64,000 bases of DNA from Myxococcota bacterium (GTDB taxonomy: Bacteria > Myxococcota_A > UBA9042 > PHBI01 > JAWLBL01): the NCBI GenBank assembly GCA_041687695.1, contig JAWLBL010000022.1, positions 92,003 through 156,002 of the forward strand. Reading direction: 5' to 3'. Under the pieces are notes generated by a model that ran no database searches, was not told the origin of the DNA, and worked only from the letters and a program-made list of their open reading frames with translations. Positions within the stretch are counted from its first letter, which is position 1. The number at the start of each line of letters is the position of its first letter. Positions 42,189 to 51,444 of this stretch are shown here, in pieces. The translations under genes were made by a program, and so were the position numbers.

Positions 42189-45100
42189 CTACAGCGTCGA
42201 CTCGGGCGGCACGGTCGCGATCTGCAGGTCGTCGACGAACCAGCCGCGGCCGGTGTTGCCGTAGTCGTCGACCGTGTCGAACCAGAACCGGACCTGGAAC
42301 TCGGTCCCGGCGAAGGCCGACAGGTCGAAGGTGCTGTGGAACCACAGGCCCTTGTTGGCCATCGCGTGCTTGGGCGCGATGTCGGTCCAGGTCGCGAACC
42401 CGTCGGTCGACACGCGGATGCCTCGCTCGTCGTAGCCGCTGGTCGGCGAGTCGCTGGTGTGCCAGTACTGGACGAAGCCCAGCCAGACCTCGGCCACGCC
42501 GGTGGCGTCGATGACCGGCGAGGTCACGTGCGCCGCCGAGGCGGTGAAGCCCGGCGAGGCGTAGCCGCCGACGTCGTCGTTGAAGTTCAGGCTGCACTCG
42601 GGGCTGGAGTAGCCCGGCGGGCTGGGCAGGCCGTCGACGGCCCACGGGATGAGCCCGTCGGTGATCTCGGCCGTCCAGCCCGACTCGTCGCAGGCGAACG
42701 GCGTCTCGTAGAGGATCTCGCAGCTGCCGATGGGGTCGCTGAAGCAGCCGACCGCCGAGTCGCAGACCTCGGCCGTGCAGGTGTCGCCGTCCGCCTGGCA
42801 GGTGACCGCGGCGTAGGCGCACTCGCCGTCGCTCGCGCAGGTGTCGGTCGTGCAGGCGTCGCCGTCGGTGCAGTCGCCGTCCGCCGAGCAGCAGCCGGGC
42901 GCGCCCTCGCAGGCCGGATCCGCGCAGTCGGTCAGCCCGTCGGCGTCGTTGTCCACGCCGTCGTCGCAGACCTCGGGGACCGCGCTGGGCTGCTCGACGC
43001 TGACCACCAGGTCGTCGACGAACCAGCCGGCGCCTCCGTTGCTGACCGAGTCCACCGAGTCGAACCAGAACCGGATCTGGATCTCCTGACCCGCGAACGG
43101 CGACAGGTCCAGCGCGGTGTGGAACCACTGGGCCTCGTTCCCGGTCGCGTGGCTCTGCGGCAGCTCGACGAAGGTCTGGAAGCCGTCGGTCGACACGCGG
43201 ACGCCGCGCTTGTCCCAGCCGCTGGTCGGGCCGTCGCCGGTCTTCCAGTACTGCCAGAACCCCAGCCACGCCACGTCGACCCCGGTCAGGTCGATGACCG
43301 GCGAGGTCGCGATGGCGTGCGACGCCACCCCGGGCGAGCCATACCCGCCGCCGTCCTTGTTGAAGTTCAGGCTGCAGCCGGGGCTGTAGAACGCCGGCGG
43401 GCCGGGCAGCGCGTCGACCTTCCAGGCCACGGCGCCGCTGAGGACCTGCGTGGTGAAGTCGGTGTCCCCGCACTCGAAGGCGTTGGCGTAGATGAACGAG
43501 CACCCCTCGTACGGCACGTTCTGGCAGCCGGCGACCGGATCGCAGCCGTCCACCGTGCAGGGGTCGCCGTCCGAGCAGGTCGGCGGGCCCGAGACGCACA
43601 CGCCCTGGGTGCACACGTCGGCCGTGCAGGCGTTGCCGTCGTCGCAGTCGGCGTCGGTCAGGCAGCACCCCTCGGCGGTCCCGCAGTCCGGGTCGGCGCA
43701 GTCGATGAGGCCGTCGGAGTCGTTGTCGAGGCCGTCGTCGCAGAGCGCGGACTCGGGGCAGGCGGGATCGAGGATGCAGCCCGGGTCCTCGCAGTCGATC
43801 AGGCTGTCGCCGTCGTCGTCCTGCCCGTTGTCGCACACCTCCGGGGTCGGCGCGGGCTGGTGCGGCGTCAGGCTGAGGTCGTCGACGAACCAACCGGCGC
43901 CCTGGTTGAAGCTGCCGTCGACCGAGTCGAACCAGAAGCGGATCTGGAAGGCCTCGCCAGCGAAGGCGCCCAGGTCGAAGACGCTGTAGAACCACTCGCC
44001 GTAGTTGGCCGCGTAGTTGTGCTTGGGCGACACGTTGGTCCAGGTGGCGAAGCCGTCGGTCGAGATCTGGATCCAGCGCTTGTCCCACGCGGAGTCGGGC
44101 TCGTCCTCGGTGTCCCAGTACTGCCACAGCCCCAGGTAGAGCGTGCCGAAGCCGGTGGCGTCGATGACGGGCGAGGTCACGTGGGCGGTCGACGCCTCGT
44201 CGCCCGAGTCGTAGCCGCCGAGATCGTCGTTGAAGTTCAGGCTGCAGCCGGTGCTGTAGAAAGCGGGCGGGTCGGGCAGCGCGTCCACGGCCCAGGTCAC
44301 CTGCCCCGAGACGACCTCGGCGGTCCAGTCGGTCGCCTCGCCGCAGTCGAAGGCGGTGGCGTAGGGCAGCGTCTGCCCGCAGGGCAGGATCGGGTCGGCC
44401 ACGCAGCCGACGCCCGCCTCGCAGCGATCGTCCGTGCAGAGGTCGCCGTCGTTGCAGTCGACCGGCGCCGCCTCGCACTGCTTGGTGGCCAGGTTGCAGG
44501 CCGAGGTGCTGCAGACGTCGTCCGAGGCGCAGTCGGCGTCGGACTTGCAGCAGCCGGTGACGCCCGCGCACTCGTCGTCGGCGCAGTCGGTCAGGCCGTC
44601 GCCGTCGTTGTCGACGCCGTCCATGCAGTTGCCGTCCTCGACGCAGGCCGCCTCGAGCACGTCCCAGGCGTGCGCGCAGCCGACGCCCGGCTCGCAGCTG
44701 TCGGTGGTGCAGGGGTTGCCGTCGTCGCAGGGGTCGGCCTGGTGCGTGCACTCGCCGGTCGCCGGGTCGCAGGCGTCGACGGTGCAGACGTCCTCGTCGT
44801 CGCAGTCGACGGCGGCGCCCGCGCAGGCGCCAGCCTCGTCGCACGCGTCGCCGGTGGTGCAGAGGTCGCCGTCGTCGCAGGGGGTGCCCGCCTCGGCCGG
44901 CAGCAGCGCGCAGGCGCCCGTGTCGGTGTCGCAGGCCGCGATCTGGCACGGGCCGGGCGACAGCGCGGCCGCGCACTCGGCATCGCTGGTGCAGGCGTTC
45001 GGGACGTCGGTCGGGACGTCGACGCTGGGCACGTCCGCGTCGTCCGGGACGGCGTCGGGCCCGGGGTCGGCGTCCTCCGTCCAGCTGTCCGCGTCCTCGA

Positions 45101-45401
45101 CCGACGTGTCGGCGTCTTCGGCCGCGGTGTCGGCGTCTTCGGTCGCGGCGTCGACGTCTTCGGTCGCGGCGTCGGCGTCCTCGGTCGCGGCGTCGGCGTC
45201 CTGGCTCGGGACGTCGGGCGGCGTGACGTCGCGGGTGTCCTCTGCGGCGTCCTCGTCGACGTCACCCTTGGCGGCGTCGTCCAGGACGTCGGGGGTCGTG
45301 TCGATGACGGCGTCGCTGGGCAGAGCGCCGGACCGCTCGTTGCCACACGCCGCGATGACCAGGCAGGCGGCGACCACCCACATCGAACCTCTCAACATCA
45401 T
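42189..45401 (-). CDS. Cys-rich lipoprotein with three tandem beta-sandwich (MAM/jelly-roll-like) domains
   Basis: IAAC lipobox. CDDGNPCTTDSC-type and CDDGxDNDxDGLxDCADPxC repeats. Three copies of CSLNFN...TSPVID...STDGF...RFWFD..D...GWFVDDL. Confidence 0.85.
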   Translation of the reverse strand: MMLRGSMWVVAACLVIAACGNERSGALPSDAVIDTTPDVLDDAAKGDVDEDAAEDTRDVTPPDVPSQDADAATEDADAATEDVDAATEDADTAAEDADTSVEDADSWTEDADPGPDAVPDDADVPSVDVPTDVPNACTSDAECAAALSPGPCQIAACDTDTGACALLPAEAGTPCDDGDLCTTGDACDEAGACAGAAVDCDDEDVCTVDACDPATGECTHQADPCDDGNPCTTDSCEPGVGCAHAWDVLEAACVEDGNCMDGVDNDGDGLTDCADDECAGVTGCCKSDADCASDDVCSTSACNLATKQCEAAPVDCNDGDLCTDDRCEAGVGCVADPILPCGQTLPYATAFDCGEATDWTAEVVSGQVTWAVDALPDPPAFYSTGCSLNFNDDLGGYDSGDEASTAHVTSPVIDATGFGTLYLGLWQYWDTEDEPDSAWDKRWIQISTDGFATWTNVSPKHNYAANYGEWFYSVFDLGAFAGEAFQIRFWFDSVDGSFNQGAGWFVDDLSLTPHQPAPTPEVCDNGQDDDGDSLIDCEDPGCILDPACPESALCDDGLDNDSDGLIDCADPDCGTAEGCCLTDADCDDGNACTADVCTQGVCVSGPPTCSDGDPCTVDGCDPVAGCQNVPYEGCSFIYANAFECGDTDFTTQVLSGAVAWKVDALPGPPAFYSPGCSLNFNKDGGGYGSPGVASHAIATSPVIDLTGVDVAWLGFWQYWKTGDGPTSGWDKRGVRVSTDGFQTFVELPQSHATGNEAQWFHTALDLSPFAGQEIQIRFWFDSVDSVSNGGAGWFVDDLVVSVEQPSAVPEVCDDGVDNDADGLTDCADPACEGAPGCCSADGDCTDGDACTTDTCASDGECAYAAVTCQADGDTCTAEVCDSAVGCFSDPIGSCEILYETPFACDESGWTAEITDGLIPWAVDGLPSPPGYSSPECSLNFNDDVGGYASPGFTASAAHVTSPVIDATGVAEVWLGFVQYWHTSDSPTSGYDERGIRVSTDGFATWTDIAPKHAMANKGLWFHSTFDLSAFAGTEFQVRFWFDTVDDYGNTGRGWFVDDLQIATVPPESTL
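45066..45201. repeat. 21-bp coding tandem repeat (DADAATE-like), about 6 copies
   Basis: GTCGGCGTCYTCGGTCGCGGC-like units at 45108, 45129, 45150 and 45171, degenerate at 45066 and 45087. Confidence 0.85.
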
Positions 45402-45461
45402 TCCCCTCCCGCGCGTGCTGCGCTGCGAACGCGCGACCCTGCATGGACCCGCCGGCTCCTT

Positions 45462-46712
45462 TCAAGCGGCCGTCGAGGCGAGGGCCAGGTTGCGCGGCGT
45501 CACCGAGCGGTCACAGAAAACCAGGACACGCGTCCGGCGGGCGGCTTCGTAGAGGAAGCAGGCCCGTTCTGCAACGGTCCAGGCCTCGAGGGGGCGTCGG
45601 AAGACGGCGCGGACCACGCCGTAGGCGCGGGCGGTGCGCTGGGCGGCGTCGCCGTGGGCCAGGGCGCGGTCGGGGTCGAATCGGGCGGGCAGGGGCAGGG
45701 CGAGGCGCGCCGCGACGCGCTCGCAGAAGGCGGCGAAGGGCAGGGCGAGCTCGGCCCGCGGCAGGGGCCCGAGCGGGGTGTAGGCGTCGCGGCCGGAGGC
45801 CTGGCGGACCAGCCGGTCGAAGGCCAGGCGGTAGGCGCGCTCGTGGCGGCGGGCGCGGCGCTCGCGGGCCGGCGCGCAGGTGGTCTCGGCGGTGGCCAGG
45901 CGCAGGTGGTCGAGGGTCAGGGGCAGGTCGGCCGCCCGGCCGGCGCGGGACAGGGGCTCGTAGCAGGGGCCGGGGCGGTGGCGCTCGTGGCAGCAGGGCG
46001 CGACCACCAGGGCGCCCAGGTCACGCGAGACGGCCTGGGTCAGCAGCGTGTCGGTCAGGGCGCCGCAGGCGTGCAGGGCCACCGCGGTCGACTCGGGGTT
46101 CAGCGGGGCGGCGGCGTCGGGGGCGCGCACGTCGGTGGGCACATAGCGCAGCGCGACCTCGGCGCGGGCGGCCAGCGCCTCGGCCTCGGCGGCGTAGGCG
46201 GGCTGCAGCTCGAGCAGGGTGACCGGGTGGCCGCTGGCGGCGCCCAGGGTGCGGCCCAGGTGGCCCTTGCCGGCGCACCAGTCGACCCAGCGGCCGGCGG
46301 GGGAGGGCGGTGCGGGCAGGGCGGTGGCGGCGAAGGCCTGGATCTGCGCCCACTTGCGGCCGGGGACGAAGCGGGCCAGGTGGCGGTGCAGGGCGGCGGC
46401 GCCGGTCGCGCTGGGGGCCGCGGCGGCGACGGGGACGTCGGTCAGGCGGGCGGCCTCGGCGGCCCAGGCGCGCAGGGCGGCCGGGGCGTCGTCGGGCGGG
46501 GCGGCCGAGGTCTCGAGGGCCTCGACGGCGTCGTCGGGCAGGGCCGTGACCCAGGCGGCCAGACGCGGGTGGTCGGCGGCCCAGGGCGGCGGGCCGGTGT
46601 AGGTGAAGGGGCGCGGCTCCCACAGGGGGCGGTGGGCGCGCAGGAAGTCGGTCAGGGCGGCCAGGCGCTGCGGGAGGTCGGCGCCGGCCCAGGGGCCGGC
46701 CGGGTCAGCCAC
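45462..46712 (-). CDS. SAM-dependent methyltransferase (Methyltransf_32-like)
   Basis: GRKWAQI, VDWCAGKGHLGR, ALHACGAL, APCCH, FCDRSVTPRN. Confidence 0.85.
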   Translation of the reverse strand: MADPAGPWAGADLPQRLAALTDFLRAHRPLWEPRPFTYTGPPPWAADHPRLAAWVTALPDDAVEALETSAAPPDDAPAALRAWAAEAARLTDVPVAAAAPSATGAAALHRHLARFVPGRKWAQIQAFAATALPAPPSPAGRWVDWCAGKGHLGRTLGAASGHPVTLLELQPAYAAEAEALAARAEVALRYVPTDVRAPDAAAPLNPESTAVALHACGALTDTLLTQAVSRDLGALVVAPCCHERHRPGPCYEPLSRAGRAADLPLTLDHLRLATAETTCAPARERRARRHERAYRLAFDRLVRQASGRDAYTPLGPLPRAELALPFAAFCERVAARLALPLPARFDPDRALAHGDAAQRTARAYGVVRAVFRRPLEAWTVAERACFLYEAARRTRVLVFCDRSVTPRNLALASTAA

Positions 46713-47415
46713 GGCCGAGCAACAGGTCCGGGACCGCGGGGTCGGTCAGGTCGGCGAGGACGACGCGGGGGCCCTCGGCGGCGAGGGCGTCGGCGGTGAA
46801 GCGGCCGGTGGCGACGGCCAGGCAGTCGGCGCCGATGGCGTGGGCGGCCTGCACGTCCAGCGGGGTGTCGCCGATGACGACGACGCGGCAGGCGGCGCGG
46901 GGCTGGCCCAGCTGGGTGGCGCCCCGGTCGGCGCCGGCGGCGAGCAGGGCGGCGCGGTCCTCGGCGTCGCAGCCGAAGCCGCCGAAGGCGAAGTGGTGGT
47001 CGAGGGCGACGCGGCGGAGCTTGAGGCGGGCGCCGCGCTCGACGTTGCCGGTGCCCAGGCCGAGGGCGAGGGTGGGGCCGCGCAGGGGGGCGAGGCGGTC
47101 GAGCAGGGGCGCGACGCCGGGGAGGGCGCGGCAGCCGGCGGTCGCGGCGAGCTCGGCCTCGAGGAAGCCGACGTAGGTCTCGATGAGGGCGTCGATGGCG
47201 GCCCGGTCGCAGGCGGCGGCGATGGTGGTGAGGCCGTGGCGGGCGATGCGCGGGTCGGTCAGGCCGGAGAAGCCCAGGTCGTCGCAGGCGTCGGGGCGGC
47301 CGTGCAGGGCCTCGAAGGCGCGGGCGATGGCGCGGCGGCCGGCGCCGGCGGTGTCGCAGAGGGTGCCGTCGATGTCGAACAGCAGGACGGTCGGTGCTGG
47401 GGGCGCGGCGAACAT
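46705..47415 (-). CDS. HAD-superfamily hydrolase
   Basis: FDIDGTL, GTGN, GGFG, IGDTPLD, VATG. Confidence 0.9.
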   Translation of the reverse strand: MFAAPPAPTVLLFDIDGTLCDTAGAGRRAIARAFEALHGRPDACDDLGFSGLTDPRIARHGLTTIAAACDRAAIDALIETYVGFLEAELAATAGCRALPGVAPLLDRLAPLRGPTLALGLGTGNVERGARLKLRRVALDHHFAFGGFGCDAEDRAALLAAGADRGATQLGQPRAACRVVVIGDTPLDVQAAHAIGADCLAVATGRFTADALAAEGPRVVLADLTDPAVPDLLLGRG

Positions 47416-47507
47416 GGTCGGCGCAGGGTAGTCGCGGGCCGGGGCGGAGACAACGGGGTGACTTGCAGGGGTGACGCCGGGCGGTCCTGCTTGTAAGACA
47501 GGTGCCC

Positions 47508-48125
47508 ATGGTCGAGCCGCGCTTCATCGAGCAGCACAAAGAGCGCCTGAGCTGGATGCCGTGGCTGTACTTCAGCTTGAAGCCGGCAGCGCGGGCCTGG
47601 GCCGAGCCCTGGCAGGCCGCGATCCAGGCGGCGCTGACGGAGCTGGAGACGGTCACCATCGGCCGGGGCTGCTTCGTCGCCCCCACCGCGGCCATCTTCG
47701 CCGAGCCCAACCGCCCGGTCGTGCTGGGCGACGGCGCCAGCGTCGCGGCCCTGGCCTTCGTCCACGGCCCGGTCACCCTGGGCGCCAACGTCAGCGTCAA
47801 CGCGCGCGCCTCGCTGGACGGCGGCGTCGCGGGCCTCACCATCGGCGACGACACCCGCATCGCCAGCGGCGCGGCCCTGTACGCCTTCGACCACGGCAAG
47901 GCCCCCGACCGCCCGGTCCGCGAGCAGCGCGTCCGCTCGCGCGGCATCCGCATCGGCCGCGACGTCTGGATCGGCGCCAACGCGGGCGTCACCGACGGCG
48001 TCACCATCGGCGACCACGCCGTCGTCGCCATGGGCGCGGTCGTCACCCGCGACGTCCCCGACTGGGCCATCGTCGCCGGCGTCCCCGCCCGCGTCATCGG
48101 CGACCGCCGCGACGGCGCGCGTTGA
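47508..48125 (+). CDS. Hexapeptide-repeat (left-handed beta-helix) acyltransferase
   Basis: [36 protein letters not shown]...AGVPARVI. Confidence 0.92.
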   Translation: MVEPRFIEQHKERLSWMPWLYFSLKPAARAWAEPWQAAIQAALTELETVTIGRGCFVAPTAAIFAEPNRPVVLGDGASVAALAFVHGPVTLGANVSVNARASLDGGVAGLTIGDDTRIASGAALYAFDHGKAPDRPVREQRVRSRGIRIGRDVWIGANAGVTDGVTIGDHAVVAMGAVVTRDVPDWAIVAGVPARVIGDRRDGAR

Positions 48126-48381
48126 GACGTGCGCACGTCCGCCAACACCGCACCAAGGGTCGGGTTGTGGGGACACCGAACTTTGGGGGCATGACGGCTC
48201 ATTACGCCGGGCCCGGCGGCCGTTGACGCCGCGCGCGGCCACGGGTCAGCATCTCCCCATCACGCGCACTGTGGATGCTCGACGGCCTCGGGGCCGGCGT
48301 CCGCCGCGGCCCTCTCGTTGGGCGCGGCCGACGCTTCGGGCCCGTACTGCGCCGCAACCCCGACCTCCCGAGGATCCACCC

Positions 48382-49032
48382 ATGGCGTACCTGTCCAACG
48401 CTCAGCGTAACCTCCTGGCTCCCGCCGGCCCGCACCCGCGCGACGGGGCGACGGTGCCGACCTCGAATCAGCCCCCCTTCGTCAACGCCGCCTGCTGGGC
48501 GTGGGCGCTCTCGGGGGCCTACGAGAACGTCGGTGGCGCGTTCACGGCCAACACCATCTACAACGGCGACGACGGTGCGTTCGTCTTCAACCCCCAGCGC
48601 GTCCCCACGGGGCTGAATCCGCACTTCTTCGCCATGACCGACGAGCTCTTCCCCCAGTCCGTGGCCTATCACGCGACGCTGAACGCCCAGCTCGCCAACG
48701 CGCTGGGCGGCAACGTCGGGGCGCAAGACCTCTGCCGTGTCGCGCTCATGAAGCTGACGGCGGTGGTCAACGGCCACACCGTCCTCGCGGACGACGGGGC
48801 CAGGACCTACACGATGGTGATGAAGTCGAGCAGCTGGTATGGCTGGGATCACTGGGCCATCGGCGTTCAGAACGCCGCGGGGGACGTCACGACCTATCAG
48901 CAGAAGGTGACGGATACGCCCCTGAAGTACAACTGCGGCGTCGTCTGGGACGAGCACCAGCCGCTCGACACCGAGATCCGGCTCGATGGCCTCCTGCAGG
49001 CCCAGGTGGACATGCTGAACAACGTCGTCTGA
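48382..49032 (+). CDS. Hypothetical protein, possibly a papain-like Cys-His enzyme
   Basis: GAGGA RBS, 216 aa, Asn-rich. NAACWAWAL and WDHWAI motifs. Confidence 0.7.
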   Translation: MAYLSNAQRNLLAPAGPHPRDGATVPTSNQPPFVNAACWAWALSGAYENVGGAFTANTIYNGDDGAFVFNPQRVPTGLNPHFFAMTDELFPQSVAYHATLNAQLANALGGNVGAQDLCRVALMKLTAVVNGHTVLADDGARTYTMVMKSSSWYGWDHWAIGVQNAAGDVTTYQQKVTDTPLKYNCGVVWDEHQPLDTEIRLDGLLQAQVDMLNNVV

Positions 49033-49082
49033 CACCAGCCTTCGCGGAGTTTGTGCCGGGGCCCCTCCGAAGGAGTCGCTCG

Positions 49083-49472
49083 ATGCACCCGGACGTGCGT
49101 AGTTACAATGACAGCCTCGCGCCTGACGACACGGCCATCTGCGACCTGCTGGCGCAGGTCATCGACGAGAGCCTGCCCGAGGCCGAGAACAAGGTCTGGC
49201 ACGCCCACCCGGTCTGGTTCCTCGAGGGCAACCCCGTCGTCGGCTACAGCAAACTCGAGGGCTGTGTTCGCCTGCTCTTTTGGAGCGGCCAGTCCTTCGA
49301 GGAGGACGGCCTCGCCCACGAAGGCAAGTTCAAGGCGGCCGAAGCGCGCTATCGGTCCATCGACGAGGTGGACACGGCCGCCCTGGGCCGCTGGCTGCAG
49401 AAGGCCCGCGACATCCAGTGGGACTACAAGAACCTGGTCCGCCGCAAGGGCCGGCTCGAGCGGCTGAAGTAG
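49083..49472 (+). CDS. DUF1801 (YdhG-like) protein
   Basis: KVWHAHPVWFLEGNPVVGYS, RLLFWSGQSF, IQWDYKNLVRRKG. AAGGAG RBS. Confidence 0.88.
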   Translation: MHPDVRSYNDSLAPDDTAICDLLAQVIDESLPEAENKVWHAHPVWFLEGNPVVGYSKLEGCVRLLFWSGQSFEEDGLAHEGKFKAAEARYRSIDEVDTAALGRWLQKARDIQWDYKNLVRRKGRLERLK

Positions 49473-49500
49473 GCGCTCCGGCGGTGGGGGCGGGACCGGG

Positions 49501-50052
49501 TCAGGCGAAGAGCTCGAGCAGGTTCAGCTCGAGGGCGGCGCCGGAGAGCTCGGTGCGGAGCGTGTCGGGCGATTCGGCGGACTGGGCGAGGCGGTAGGAG
49601 GAGCCGTCGAGGATGTAGAGGTCGATGCGGTCGATGTCGGGGTCGACGATCCAGTAGTGGGAGACGCCGTGGCGGGCGTAGAGGCCGCGCTTGGTGCGGA
49701 CGTCGGTGCGGCGGGTCGACTCGGAGAGGACCTCGATGACGAGGTCGGGGGCGCCGTGGATGCGGTCCTTGATGATGTCGGCGCGGGCCGTGGTGATGAA
49801 CAGAAGGTCCGGCTGGACGACCGTGTGGGCGTCGAGGATGACGTCCAACGGTGCTTTGAAGACTTCGCCCAGATTGCTTTGCTCGAAGACGCGCATCAGG
49901 GCCACGAGAAGGCGGCCCGAGACACGTTGATGCCGGGTGAGCGGGGAGGGCGTCGCGACGATGGCGCCGTCGATGAGCTCGTAGCGCTGGCCGTCGTCAG
50001 GGAGCGCGGCGTAGTCGGCCCAGGTCAGCCGGCCGGGTGGAGGGACGGGCAT
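49501..50052 (-). CDS. Uma2-family (restriction endonuclease-like) protein
   Basis: LPDDGQRYELIDG, HQ, VQPDLLF, APDLVIEVLS, YARHGVSHYWIVDP. Confidence 0.92.
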   Translation of the reverse strand: MPVPPPGRLTWADYAALPDDGQRYELIDGAIVATPSPLTRHQRVSGRLLVALMRVFEQSNLGEVFKAPLDVILDAHTVVQPDLLFITTARADIIKDRIHGAPDLVIEVLSESTRRTDVRTKRGLYARHGVSHYWIVDPDIDRIDLYILDGSSYRLAQSAESPDTLRTELSGAALELNLLELFA

Positions 50053-50204
50053 CGGGAGCACCTCGACGAACCGAGCGTGATGCGAGCCGAGGATAGGTCC
50101 CCGAGAGACGCAGGGCAACGCAGGGCAGGGCGCGCCAGGGGGCCGGCTGGTGTGCTCGGCCTCGAATTCGATTTCGCCTCTTGCGCGGGCCGGCGGGGTC
50201 GGCT

Positions 50205-50228
50205 ACGTACAACTACATGGTTGTACGT
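50205..50228. promoter_or_regulatory. Inverted-repeat operator overlapping the ArsR start codon
   Basis: ACGTACAAC-TACATG-GTTGTACGT: perfect 9-bp arms with a 6-bp spacer containing the ATG at 50217. Confidence 0.8.
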
Positions 50229-50543
50229 TTTGCAGACAGCGAGCTCGACCGGGTGCTGCGCGCCCTGGCGGACGCGACGCGTCGGGACATCGTGCGCCGC
50301 ACGCTGGCGGCGGCGATCTCGGTGAGCGCGCTCGCGGCCGACTACGACATGAGCTTCGCCGCGGTCCAGAAGCACGTCGCCGTCCTCGAGGCCGCGGGGC
50401 TGGTCCGCAAGGAAGCCGCCGGCCGCGAGCGCATGGTGCACGCCGTGCCGGAACAGATCGCCCGCGCCCGAGCGGCCCTCGAACAGCTCGAGGGCCTGTG
50501 GCGCCACCGCCTCGACACCCTCGACGACATCTTGAAGGAGTAG
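50217..50543 (+). CDS. ArsR/SmtB-family regulator
   Basis: ALADATRRDIV, SVSALA..YDMSFAAVQKHVAVLEAAGLV. Confidence 0.9.
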   Translation: MVVRFADSELDRVLRALADATRRDIVRRTLAAAISVSALAADYDMSFAAVQKHVAVLEAAGLVRKEAAGRERMVHAVPEQIARARAALEQLEGLWRHRLDTLDDILKE

Positions 50544-50545
50544 CC

Positions 50546-51407
50546 ATGCCCCTCATCGACGTGAAGTCCGACCCCGAGACCCTGACCCTGACCGCCATCG
50601 GCGAGTACGGCGTTCCGGTCGAGCGCCTGTGGCGCGCCTACGAGGACCCGCGCCAGCTCGAGCGCTTCTGGGGGCCGCCGCAGTGGCCGGCCACCTTCAC
50701 CCGGCACGAGGTGACCCCCGGCGGCCGCTCGGAGTACTTCATGACCGGCCCGAGCGGCGAGACGAGCCGCGGCTGGTGGGAGTTCGAGCGGGTCGAGGCG
50801 CCGCGCCTGATGGAGCTGCGCGACGGCTTCGCCAACGAGGACGGCACGCCCAACGAGGACACGCCGTCGATGCGGCATGACCTCGGCGATGGGGCAGCTC
50901 GACGACGTGCTCGCCGAGCTGCGCGAGTACTCCAAGGGGTTCCCGGCTGCGCTCGAGGTCGAGGACGACACCCACGTCTCGGTCACCCGCGAGGTGCGCG
51001 GGCTCATCGGCCAGATCTGGCGGGCGCATCACGAGCCGGAGTTGGTCAAGCGCTGGATGCTGGGCCCGGACGGCTGGACGATGCCGGTCTGCGAGGTCGC
51101 GACCGAGGTCGGCCAGAGCTATCGCTACGAGTGGGAGAACGCCGCCGACCAGAGCCGGTTCGGGTTCACCGGCGAGCTGCTCGAGCGCGAGGCGCCGCGC
51201 CGGGCGGTGACGTCCGAGCGGATGATCGGCATGGACGGGCCGGGGACCGTCAACGAGCTGGTGCTGACCCCGCGCCCGGGCGGGCGGACCGAGATCCGGT
51301 TGCGGATTGCGTATCCGTCGAAGGAGCTGCGGGACATGGTGCTCGGCACCGGCATGGTCGACGGGATGGAGGCCAGCTACGCGAGGCTGGAGCAGGTCCT
51401 GAGCTGA
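50546..51407 (+). pseudogene. Tandem SRPBCC/AHSA1-domain gene broken by an apparent deletion and frameshift near 50875
   Basis: One frame reads MPLIDV...FWGPPQWP...DTPSMR and then loses similarity. A different frame resumes GMTSAMGQLDDVL...WMLGPDGW...GMEASYARLE. Confidence 0.7.
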
Positions 51408-51444
51408 CGGGGGCCTCCATGTGTCTTGGGGTCGCCGGATCCGG

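Noticed and set aside
45462..48125. Methyltransferase, HAD and acyltransferase as a biosynthetic cluster
   Set aside because: There is no scaffold-forming enzyme, the acyltransferase is divergent, and all three are generic families.
49083..50052. DUF1801/Uma2 as a toxin-antitoxin or defence pair
   Set aside because: The genes are convergent and both families are common stand-alone genes. Nothing links them.
50860..50890. Programmed ribosomal frameshift in the SRPBCC gene
   Set aside because: There is no slippery run, and coding sequence appears to be missing, which fits a deletion better.
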